Below are positions 1 through 7,216 of a DNA stretch of 34,607 nt, piece after piece. Position numbers and translations under genes: made by a program. This DNA is from Pseudomonadota bacterium (GTDB lineage Bacteria > Desulfobacterota > GWC2-55-46 > JADFVP01): NCBI GenBank assembly GCA_015222595.1, contig JADFVP010000068.1, positions 1 to 34,607 of the forward strand. Direction: 5' to 3'. The notes under the pieces are model-generated. The model was not told the origin of the DNA and searched no databases. It was given only the letters and a program-made list of their open reading frames with translations. Position 1 is the first letter of the stretch, and each line of letters opens with the position of its first letter.

Positions 1-216
1 CTGCAAGAGCGTGCTCTTACCTGAACCGTTACGCCCGACTATGCCGATGGACTCGCCGCGCTTTATCTCAAGATCGACATTGTTAAGCGCCCAGAACTCC
101 TGATGATACTGTTTGCGCCCCGGGTGAAGGACCTCCTTTATCACCTGTCCGACAGAGGTATACCGTTTGAACTTCTTGCTTACCCCGCTGACCTTTATTA
201 TCGTATCCGTGCTCAC
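1..216 (-). CDS. ABC transporter ATP-binding protein (polysaccharide/O-antigen export type, Wzt/TagH-like), N-terminal 72 codons; gene runs off the window start
   Basis: My reverse-strand translation from GTG at 216 gives VSTDTIIKVSGVSKKFKRY...LEIKRGESIGIVGRNGSGKSTLLQ, with Walker A GRNGSGKST. It starts 4 nt after the stop of the upstream ABC-2 permease. Absent from the ORF track because it is truncated. Confidence 0.85.
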   Translation of the reverse strand, partial: MSTDTIIKVSGVSKKFKRYTSVGQVIKEVLHPGRKQYHQEFWALNNVDLEIKRGESIGIVGRNGSGKSTLLQ

Positions 217-219
217 TCT

Positions 220-1038
220 TTACATAACCTCCGCAAACCACGGCTTCATCTTTCTGAAGAGCACGCCGCCGAGGCCAAACATTCCGAAAGAAGTAACCGC
301 CAGATAGATGAAGTCCGGCAGAGGCAGAAACCTGCCTGCTAAAAGAGCGAACCTATACCCCTCTACCAGGTGATAGATGGGGTTGAGCTTCATAATAAAA
401 AGCGCACCGGGCGGTACAATGTCCGACGAGTAGAGAACGGGAGTGAGAAAGAAGAGACCCATTATAGCAATTCCGAGTATCTGGTTGACATCCTTGGAGA
501 AGACATTGAGGCTCGAGAGCACCCAGCCGCAACCGATGCAAAAGATCGCCGCAAAGAAGAGGTAGATGAAGATATAGGGGGTAGTGATCGGCAGCGAGTG
601 ATTAAAGATAATTAGAATAATAAGAAGCAGCGCAACACTTATAAGGTGGCTTATAATATTGCTGATGACAACGACAATCGGCAGTATCTCTGAGGGAAAT
701 CCGACCGCCTTCTTCACCAGGTTCGAGTTTGCAACCAGAACACCCGAAGAGGTCGTGAGCGCCTGAGTAAAGAACTGCCACGGCACAAGACCGCAAAGAA
801 GAAAGAGGAAAAAGCTGTCGGTCTTGTAGACAGCACCGGGAGTCGACTTCATAAAAACCCCGAAGACGATACCGTAGATGGCGACCAAAAAGAGCGGGTT
901 GAGTACGGCCCAGAGCAGTCCAAAAACACTGCCGACGTACATGGCCTTTAAGTCGCGCGCCGCCATAGTGCGTAGCATATAGCGGCTACGCCAAAGACGA
1001 CCGATAAAGTCGAAGAAGATTATAAAATTCTTTACCAT
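220..1038 (-). CDS. ABC-2 type polysaccharide export permease (Wzm/TagG/KpsM-like)
   Basis: 272-aa ORF with about 6 hydrophobic helices and the N-terminal motif LWRSRYMLRTMAARDLKAMYVGSVFGLLW typical of ABC-2 permeases. Followed directly by the ATPase gene and preceded by rfb genes. Confidence 0.88.
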   Translation of the reverse strand: MVKNFIIFFDFIGRLWRSRYMLRTMAARDLKAMYVGSVFGLLWAVLNPLFLVAIYGIVFGVFMKSTPGAVYKTDSFFLFLLCGLVPWQFFTQALTTSSGVLVANSNLVKKAVGFPSEILPIVVVISNIISHLISVALLLIILIIFNHSLPITTPYIFIYLFFAAIFCIGCGWVLSSLNVFSKDVNQILGIAIMGLFFLTPVLYSSDIVPPGALFIMKLNPIYHLVEGYRFALLAGRFLPLPDFIYLAVTSFGMFGLGGVLFRKMKPWFAEVM

Positions 1039-1109
1039 GTATATTCCTATAACAAAGACTGCCTATGTCATAAAACAAGTTGACTCGGTACAGGTCGGGC
1101 TCTAACGCT

Positions 1110-2198
1110 TCAGCCCCTGTTGCCGTACTGCGCGTCGTAGTACTTCAAGTACTCGCCCGAGAGGATCTTCTCCCACCAGGCGCGCTCCGTAACGTACCAC
1201 TCTATGGTCTTCTTCATTCCCTCTTCAAAGGTTACCTCTGGCTTCCAGCCAAGCTCTCGCTCGATCTTATCGCAATCTATCGCGTAACGGCGGTCGTGGC
1301 CCGGACGGTCTGTAACGTACTTTATCAGCGTCTCACGAGGCTTTTCGTACGGGTACCTCAAAGAGAGCCCTTCGTCGAACTCTATAAGCGAGTCGACCTC
1401 CTTGCAGACGAGCTTTACGATCTCTATATTTTGCATCTCGCACCGTCCGCCGATATTGTAGGTCTCTCCCGTGCGGCCCTTATCGAGCACGGCCTCTATC
1501 GCCTTGCAGTGGTCGGTTACGTAGAGCCAGTCGCGTACGTTCTTTCCGTCGCCGTAAACGGGAAGCGACTTGCCGTCGAGCGCGTTCAAGACCATGAGCG
1601 GGATCAGCTTTTCTGGAAACTGGTAAGGCCCGTAGTTGTTCGAGCAGTTGGTGGTTAAAACAGGCAGCCCATAGGTATGGAAGTAGGCGCGAACCAGATG
1701 GTCGCTCGAAGCCTTTGAGGCCGAGTAAGGAGAGTTGGGGCTAAACGGGGTCTCTTCGGTAAAGTACCCGGTGTCGCCCAAAGAGCCGTAGACCTCGTCG
1801 GTAGAGACGTGAACGAAGCGGCAGCTCTTTAACGCTTCCGGGGAGGTCCACGTCTTGCGCGCCGCTTCGAGCAACACGAAGGTTCCCATTATGTTGGTCT
1901 CGATAAAGGCCTTGGGCCCAAGTATCGAGCGGTCTACGTGAGACTCTGCGGCGAAGTTCACTACTGCGTCTATCTTTTCATCGACAAAAAGAGCGTCTAC
2001 GACAGCAGAGTCGGTAATGTCGCCCTTAACGAACTTGAGCCTACCCTCATCAAGCCCGCTCAGGTTTTCGAGGTTTCCCGCATAGGTGAGAGAGTCCAGG
2101 ACCACAACTCTTGTCTCATCCGAGCTCTCAAGCATGTGGCGCACAAAGTTGGCCCCTATAAAACCGGCCCCGCCCGTTACTAAAATATTACGCTTCAT
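1110..2198 (-). CDS. rfbB: dTDP-glucose 4,6-dehydratase
   Basis: 362 aa. N-terminal Rossmann motif ILVTGGAGFIGANF, catalytic YSASKASSDHL (YxxxK), and full-length look of RmlB. Its start overlaps the rfbD stop by 11 nt. Confidence 0.95.
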   Translation of the reverse strand: MKRNILVTGGAGFIGANFVRHMLESSDETRVVVLDSLTYAGNLENLSGLDEGRLKFVKGDITDSAVVDALFVDEKIDAVVNFAAESHVDRSILGPKAFIETNIMGTFVLLEAARKTWTSPEALKSCRFVHVSTDEVYGSLGDTGYFTEETPFSPNSPYSASKASSDHLVRAYFHTYGLPVLTTNCSNNYGPYQFPEKLIPLMVLNALDGKSLPVYGDGKNVRDWLYVTDHCKAIEAVLDKGRTGETYNIGGRCEMQNIEIVKLVCKEVDSLIEFDEGLSLRYPYEKPRETLIKYVTDRPGHDRRYAIDCDKIERELGWKPEVTFEEGMKKTIEWYVTERAWWEKILSGEYLKYYDAQYGNRG

Positions 2199-3159
2199 TC
2201 CCGACCTCCGTTTGCGTGACCTTGCTCTCTATTTTCAGAACCTCTTTTATCATCTCTTTTAACGACCCTTTCCAGTCCGGAACCGTTACGCCAAAGACCC
2301 GCTCTATCTTCGCTGTATCAAGAACCGAGTAGCTCGGTCGCGTTGCGGGTGTCGGGTACTCGGTGGCGGGGATCGGGGATACTGAGGTGCAGACAATATC
2401 GGCTCCGAGCGAAGTTTCGCGCGCCTCGGATATCGCCGCAACAGCAAGGTCGTACCAACTCGCCACTCCTCTATTCGAATAACCGTAAATTCCCCAGATT
2501 GCGCTCTCGGTTTCTTTAGCTCCGGCCTCTTTAGCTCCGGCCTCTCCGATCCTTTCGACTATTACGGAGATTGCGCGCGCAAGGTCTTTGGTCCAGGTCG
2601 GCGAGCCGAGCTGGTCGGAAACGACCTTCAGGCTCTCGCGCTCTTTAGCGAGCCGCAGCATTGTATTGACAAAGTTGTTTCCGTGCGCGCCGTAGAGCCA
2701 CGAGGTGCGAATAATTATATGCTCGGGCAGAGTCTCTGCTAGCGCAACTTCGCCTGCTAGTTTGCTGCTGCCATAGACTCCGAGCGGCGCGGTTGCGTCT
2801 TTATCCGTATACGGCTCTGTAGCTGTTCCCCCGCCTTTTCCATCGAAAACAAAATCGGTAGAGATATGAACTATGGCTGCGCCCGCCTCTTTTGCCGCAA
2901 CGGCTAAGTTCCGCACGCCGTCGGCGTTTACGGCAAAGGCGCGCTCTTTGTCCGTCTCTGCCTTGTCAACTGCGGTATAGGCCGCGCAATTAACTATTAC
3001 GTCCGGTGCAGAAGCGGCAATGCTGGACGCAACAGCACCTGCGTCTGTTATGTCCAACTCTTTGGAGGTAAACGGAGTAACTAAGTGGCCACGCGTTGTC
3101 AGTTCTGCTAAAGTATCTGTGCCGAGCTGCCCACCACTACCTGTAATTATAATCTTCAT
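2188..3159 (-). CDS. rfbD: dTDP-4-dehydrorhamnose reductase
   Basis: 323 aa. MKIIITGSGGQLG Rossmann start, YGSSKLAGE (YxxxK), and position inside the rfb cluster. Carries an in-frame 5-aa tandem duplication (see repeat feature). Confidence 0.9.
   Translation of the reverse strand: MKIIITGSGGQLGTDTLAELTTRGHLVTPFTSKELDITDAGAVASSIAASAPDVIVNCAAYTAVDKAETDKERAFAVNADGVRNLAVAAKEAGAAIVHISTDFVFDGKGGGTATEPYTDKDATAPLGVYGSSKLAGEVALAETLPEHIIIRTSWLYGAHGNNFVNTMLRLAKERESLKVVSDQLGSPTWTKDLARAISVIVERIGEAGAKEAGAKETESAIWGIYGYSNRGVASWYDLAVAAISEARETSLGADIVCTSVSPIPATEYPTPATRPSYSVLDTAKIERVFGVTVPDWKGSLKEMIKEVLKIESKVTQTEVGNEA
2515..2544. repeat. Perfect 15-bp tandem duplication (tttagctccggcctc x2) inside rfbD, giving EAGAK-EAGAK in the protein
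   Basis: Read directly: 2515-2529 equals 2530-2544. It is in frame (15 bp). Confidence 0.95.
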
Positions 3160-3188
3160 ATCAGAACCATTTTAAAAAAGAGTAGATT

Positions 3189-3231
3189 AAAAAAATCGGC
3201 GCTTAAAACCGACCGGAAAAGGAGCCCGGTC
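3189..3231 (-). terminator. Possible weak intrinsic terminator/attenuator between rfbC and rfbD
   Basis: Minus strand reads GACCGG-gctcctttt-CCGGTC followed by GGTTTTAAG. A second short stem TCGG...CCGA is followed by a T7 run. Stems are only 4-6 bp. Confidence 0.25.
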
Positions 3232-3241
3232 ACCCGAGCCG

Positions 3242-3715
3242 TCAATCGAGAATGTAAGGCGAGTTCTCCAGCTCTTCGTGCCGAATTTCGTCCACTGCCT
3301 CAGCCTTACCCGTGCCCATAAAGAGCCTGTTGGGAGCGTTTATGACTAGGCCGCCCTCGTTGCCGACATTCTTGTAGGCGTGCACAACGCCCTTGGGCAC
3401 TATTACCGCAGTCGGGCTGGAGACTCCTGCGAGAATAACCATGCGGTTCTTGTAGGTAGCCGAACTCTCCCTTGAGTCCCAGAGGTAAAGCTTAAAGTCC
3501 GAAGGGCCTGCAAAGCAGAAGTAGTCGGCCTGATCGACGTGCTCGTGCGGGCCGCGCGCTACCCCTGGGTTTGTCATAGAGATATAGGTCATTACCGGAT
3601 AGTACTCTTCGGCGAGTTCGTCGTGGCGAAAGAGTTCCATCAGCCAGCCACGGTCGTCTGAATACTTTTTGAGTTCATTAACAACTACGTCGTCTATTTT
3701 TCCATCAATAAACAT
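3242..3715 (-). CDS. rfbC: dTDP-4-dehydrorhamnose 3,5-epimerase (short cupin form)
   Basis: 157 aa. Has the DDRGWLMELF and RGPHEH motifs of RmlC-type cupins. Sits 2 nt downstream of the rfbA stop. Confidence 0.78.
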   Translation of the reverse strand: MFIDGKIDDVVVNELKKYSDDRGWLMELFRHDELAEEYYPVMTYISMTNPGVARGPHEHVDQADYFCFAGPSDFKLYLWDSRESSATYKNRMVILAGVSSPTAVIVPKGVVHAYKNVGNEGGLVINAPNRLFMGTGKAEAVDEIRHEELENSPYILD

Positions 3716-3717
3716 GG

Positions 3718-4821
3718 TTATACCTCCACTACTGAGTCGTCGCCGATCATCAACCGGAGCGCCTTGTGTTTGTTGTGGCAGCGCACCACCCTTGCGTCTC
3801 GCCCTATAAGGCTGTCCTCTATGCGGTCCACGTGGTCTATCTCCGCTCCCGCAAGGATAACGCAGTGCTCGATTATCGATTTCTTTATCTTCGAGCCGTC
3901 CCCTATGGAGGTGTACGGCCCAACGAAGCTGTCCTTTATGACCGAGTTCTTGCCAATCACTATCGGTCCGCGAAGCGTAGAGTTCTTTACAACCGCGCCC
4001 TCGGCAATAGAGACGCGGCCCGTTATCTCAGACTCTCCGTCCACGCTGCCCTTTATGTCGCGCTTTCCCCACTCGTCAAGCACAATGGTGTTGGCGGCCA
4101 GAAGGTCGTCCTTCTTTCCAGTGTCGAGCCACCAGGTGTCTATTAACACCTGGCTCTGCACCGGAGAACCGTTCGATACAAGGCGCTGAATCGCGTCGGT
4201 AATTTCAAGCTCGCCTCTTGCAGAGGGCTCTATCTCGTCTATCGCCTTATGTATTGCGTTAGAGAAGATGTAGACACCGATGAGCGCGAGGTTGGACTTC
4301 GGCTCCTTCGGCTTCTCGACAAGCCGCTCTATGGTGCCGTCTTCTGCAACCTCGGCAATACCGAAGGAGCTAGGGTTATCAACCGGCTTCAGAAGTATTG
4401 CGGCGTCCGAGCCGGAGGAGTTGAAGTTATCGACAAACTTGTCTATGCGGCAGCCGATGAGGTTGTCGCCAAGGTACATGACAAAGGGCGAATCGCCAAG
4501 AAAGTCTCGGGCCACCACAACGGCATGGGCCAGGCCCTTCGGCTCGGTCTGCGGGATATAGGTAATCTTCACCCCCCACTCGCTTCCGTCGCCCATCGTC
4601 GCCTTTATCTCTTCGCCTGTTTCAGGAGAGATGATCATGCCGACATCTTTAATGCCGGCGTTGGCGAGGTTGTCTATAACATAGGCGAGTATCGGGCGGT
4701 TGGCGATAGGCACCAACTGCTTTGCCCCGGTGTGGGTAATGGGGCGAAGGCGCGTGCCCTTGCCTCCGCTCAAAACGAGGCCCTTCATAACAGGTTTTTT
4801 CTCGTTCTCCGGCTCCGACAT
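3718..4821 (-). CDS. rfbA: glucose-1-phosphate thymidylyltransferase, long form with C-terminal left-handed beta-helix
   Basis: 367 aa. Nucleotidyltransferase signature LVLSGGKGTRLRPITHTGAKQLVPIANRPIL. The C-terminal hexapeptide-repeat-like region (IGKNSVIKDSFVGPYTSIGDGSKI) is typical of long-form RmlA. GGGAGA lies 6 nt upstream of the ATG. Confidence 0.88.
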   Translation of the reverse strand: MSEPENEKKPVMKGLVLSGGKGTRLRPITHTGAKQLVPIANRPILAYVIDNLANAGIKDVGMIISPETGEEIKATMGDGSEWGVKITYIPQTEPKGLAHAVVVARDFLGDSPFVMYLGDNLIGCRIDKFVDNFNSSGSDAAILLKPVDNPSSFGIAEVAEDGTIERLVEKPKEPKSNLALIGVYIFSNAIHKAIDEIEPSARGELEITDAIQRLVSNGSPVQSQVLIDTWWLDTGKKDDLLAANTIVLDEWGKRDIKGSVDGESEITGRVSIAEGAVVKNSTLRGPIVIGKNSVIKDSFVGPYTSIGDGSKIKKSIIEHCVILAGAEIDHVDRIEDSLIGRDARVVRCHNKHKALRLMIGDDSVVEV

Positions 4822-4981
4822 ATCGGTTCTCCCTATTGCTGAAATATTGAAGTGGGCGGACTATAAATTTACAACGGTTACGGACCAAATATCCGGGCTC
4901 TTTATGCGCTCTCGGAGAGCTCTTAAAAACATTGCTCTGTGCTATATGGCCGAATACTACCTTATCGGTCGATTCTTTTTA

Positions 4982-5632
4982 TTATTCAATTCTTTTAAGC
5001 CACCCGCCGGACGAAATATCGTGGATCGCTCCGGGCTCTATTCCGGCCTCAATCAACCGGTCGATAACTGCCGCGCCACCTGCAAAAGAGGTAATTATCA
5101 CGGCGTCTATTTCGAGTTCTCCGGCACGCTCTATCGGCAGTATTTCATTACCGAAAAACTTTTTATCGGCTACAGTGGCGTTGAGCACGGCGCTAAGAGT
5201 AAGGTCCGTCTCGGAGAGCGATAAAAAGGCAATTTCAGAGACCTCGTCTACGCCGCAAAAGGCGACCCTTTTAAGACCCGCAGCCGCCAGAGCCCTGAAG
5301 AGGATCTGAAAGTCTTTGCGCGCGACTCTATAGAGGTTGGTAAAATTCTGAAGGTGACGGTAGGTAAGGCGCGTCTTCTCGGCAAGACCAGACGGCGTAA
5401 GGTAGTAACCGTATCGCTTCTTGGGGATGGTAGAGACCGTGATGTAGCCCTTGGTCGTGAGGTTCTTTATATAGGAGTTGATGAGGCCGAGCGCAATACC
5501 GAGCCTTTTGGACAGATCCCTCTGCGTAACCCTGTTCTCTTTCGATATTTCATCGAGGAGCAGAAGCGCACGGTACTCGTCCGTGCCGGGAGCGTCGTTG
5601 CTTTTAGAGGTCTCGGGCCCTTTACTGTTCAT
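4982..5632 (-). CDS. winged-helix (MarR-like, EPS-locus type) transcriptional regulator with C-terminal Rossmann-like domain; probably leaderless
   Basis: The HTH region is RVTQRDLSKRLGIALGLINSYIKNLTTKGYI. The ORF is open to 5725 (TTG), but neither that start nor the ATG at 5683 has an SD. The ATG at 5632 lies 6 nt after a TTGACA-17-TATGTT promoter. Start choice is uncertain (5632, 5683 or 5725). Confidence 0.7.
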   Translation of the reverse strand: MNSKGPETSKSNDAPGTDEYRALLLLDEISKENRVTQRDLSKRLGIALGLINSYIKNLTTKGYITVSTIPKKRYGYYLTPSGLAEKTRLTYRHLQNFTNLYRVARKDFQILFRALAAAGLKRVAFCGVDEVSEIAFLSLSETDLTLSAVLNATVADKKFFGNEILPIERAGELEIDAVIITSFAGGAAVIDRLIEAGIEPGAIHDISSGGWLKRIE

Positions 5633-5642
5633 TATATGAACA
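5626..5642. promoter_or_regulatory. Operator-like perfect palindrome TGTTCA-N5-TGAACA (site 2), overlapping the -10 and the start codon
   Basis: Plus strand tgttca-ttata-tgaaca read directly. Confidence 0.6.
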
Positions 5643-5667
5643 TAGCACGACCCGAAGGGCCTGTCAA
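5639..5667 (-). promoter_or_regulatory. sigma-70 type promoter (TTGACA-17 nt-TATGTT) for the wHTH regulator, predicting a leaderless mRNA
   Basis: Minus strand reads cgTTGACAggcccttcgggtcgtgcTATGTTcatataATG. The -35 is at 5667-5662 and the -10 at 5644-5639. The ATG at 5632 is at the expected transcription start. Confidence 0.55.
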
Positions 5668-5673
5668 CGTTTA

Positions 5674-5690
5674 TGTTCACCATATGAACA
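5674..5690. promoter_or_regulatory. Operator-like perfect palindrome TGTTCA-N5-TGAACA (site 1), 6 bp upstream of the -35
   Basis: Plus strand tgttca-ccata-tgaaca read directly. Its centre is 48 bp from site 2. Confidence 0.6.
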
Positions 5691-5815
5691 GTGCAAATGG
5701 GTGTTTTTATGGGAAAAAGTTGCAAAGGGTCGAGTCGGGCAACCGTTTGGAAAGTGAATAACCACGGGCTGACTTGCAGCTATGCTGCCAGAGATTGAGC
5801 GCAGTGCAAAATAAA

Positions 5816-5849
5816 ATAGCCCACCGGTCTATTCAGACCGGTGGGCTAT
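5816..5849 (-). terminator. Rho-independent terminator after the PEP-CTERM gene
   Basis: Perfect 14-bp stem atagcccaccggtc / gaccggtgggctat with a 6-nt loop. On the minus strand it is followed by TTTATTTTG. Confidence 0.9.
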
Positions 5850-5878
5850 AAAAAGTAACTGTAAGGGCTATTGGGCTA

Positions 5879-6658
5879 TTACCGCCTGAACTTTCTCCTT
5901 ACATACCCAAGACCAGCAAGACCGCTTCCTAAAAGGAGCAGGGTCGAAGGCTCTGGAACCTGTTCGCCTCCACCGTCACCACCACCGCCCGTGGGAGGGT
6001 CGATAATCGTAGCGGTATCGAGGAGCGCATAGTCGAAGGCGACATACGGCTCGTTCGGGGCGACGATATCTATAACCACCTGACCGTCGAGCATATCGGC
6101 CCAGGAGACGACCGCGTAAGCGACCTTAACAAGACCGTCATCTCCACCGGATTGAACCGTAAAGCCGATCTCAACACCGTCTACAAGAGCGGTCATCGGT
6201 ATGACGTCGTAATCGCCGAAAACGAAGTTTATATAGTGGTCAACTCCGTAGTCAACGTCACCAGATGCCGGAACCGTGAAGTCGAAGGTAAACTGGGCGT
6301 CGTCTGCAAGTCCTGGCCCAATATTAAAGGCTTGCAAGCTGGTCGAAAGTGAAATGTCGGTCCACTCTGCTCCATCAGTAGCCGCAGCCTCCGCTACGCT
6401 TTGGTAATTGAAATCATCACCGGAGTGCGTTGCGACATTACCGTCACCGTTAAGGTCCGGCAGGTACTCGCCCGCCTCTAGAATGCCGTCGCCATCGGTA
6501 TCGGCTGCTACACCACTGGCCGCCAAAAGGCCAGCCGTAGAGGTAAAGCCGAAGCCGTCTGCATCGCCTATCATCATTGTTACAGCCTCAGCCCTGCCCG
6601 ACAAGAGCACGACAAGGCCAAACATAAAGACCGATATAATTGTCTGCCTGAAACCCAT
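5879..6658 (-). CDS. PEP-CTERM sorting-domain protein (predicted exosortase substrate) with signal peptide and DxDxDG calcium-binding-like motifs
   Basis: The C-terminus VPEPSTLLLLGSGLAGLGYVRRKFRR has a PEP motif, a TM helix and an Arg cluster, preceded by a Gly-rich linker. The signal peptide is MGFRQTIISVFMFGLVVLLSGRAEA. The ATG at 6658 has GGAGGAAG 4 nt upstream; the ORF-track start at 6694 lacks an SD. Also contains DTDGDG and DLNGDG motifs. Confidence 0.88.
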   Translation of the reverse strand: MGFRQTIISVFMFGLVVLLSGRAEAVTMMIGDADGFGFTSTAGLLAASGVAADTDGDGILEAGEYLPDLNGDGNVATHSGDDFNYQSVAEAAATDGAEWTDISLSTSLQAFNIGPGLADDAQFTFDFTVPASGDVDYGVDHYINFVFGDYDVIPMTALVDGVEIGFTVQSGGDDGLVKVAYAVVSWADMLDGQVVIDIVAPNEPYVAFDYALLDTATIIDPPTGGGGDGGGEQVPEPSTLLLLGSGLAGLGYVRRKFRR

Positions 6659-6765
6659 AACTTCCTCCTTCGTTGCCTTAACGCGATGAAACACGATCAG
6701 GGAGAAGAATCTTTACTGTTTTGTCCAACAAAAGGCGTAAAAACCGATTGCCGCATCTAAGAATA

Positions 6766-6788
6766 GGTGGTTTAGCTACAAAACCACC
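6766..6788 (-). promoter_or_regulatory. Perfect 8-bp hairpin (GGTGGTTT-7 nt-AAACCACC) in the predicted 5' leader of the PEP-CTERM gene
   Basis: Read directly. It sits just downstream of the predicted sigma-54 transcription start. Confidence 0.4.
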
Positions 6789-6805
6789 AAACTATAGCAT
6801 AATAT

Positions 6806-6822
6806 ATGCAACATGCATGCCG
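6806..6822 (-). promoter_or_regulatory. Candidate sigma-54 (-24/-12) promoter for the PEP-CTERM gene
   Basis: Minus strand cGGCATGcatgTTGCAt compares with consensus TGGCACG-N4-TTGCW, and the GG-N10-GC spacing is exact. It lies about 150 nt upstream of the ATG at 6658. Confidence 0.5.
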
Positions 6823-7216
6823 CAAAACCATCACAATCGTAACCGCCTGATTTACAAGCGTATCGGTAGTAACTCTAAGATGTTAAGGCACTTAACTGGG
6901 TAGAAAATGTAAAAACAAAGAACAAACAGAACAGTTAAAAAAAGAAATTATTTGACATAAACCATTATATTACAGCCTGTTACGTGGCAAAAGAGAAGTG
7001 TAAAAAAACCGGCATTATTTAGCCCTTTTTTACAAGACCAAACACCCCAACATTAAAGCACCCACAAGCACCCGGAGAGCATTGCTTATGTCTCTTTTAT
7101 TCAGAAGTTCGTGTATGGTAAGGGGCGCGGTTGGAGGGGAGTCTGGCACAAAAGAGGCAGGCTCACAGAGTGGGTAGCCGGGACAACACTTCATGCCGGG
7201 CAATAAAAAGGCAGTA

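Noticed and set aside
5633-5725. N-terminal extension of the wHTH regulator ORF (TTG at 5725, ATG at 5683)
   Set aside because: The extension contains the promoter and both palindromic operators. It lacks any SD and adds a non-conserved-looking peptide. The leaderless ATG at 5632 explains the sequence better, although the longer starts cannot be excluded.
6721-6903. 60-aa plus-strand ORF in the PEP-CTERM upstream spacer
   Set aside because: Non-ATG start and a basic low-complexity translation in AT-rich promoter DNA. It overlaps the predicted sigma-54 promoter and leader of the opposite strand.
7144-7159. TGGCAC-N-GGCA sigma-54-like element on the plus strand
   Set aside because: The -12 half is poor (AGGCA instead of TTGCW). 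It would drive transcription antisense into the asmA 3' end, with no downstream plus-strand gene.
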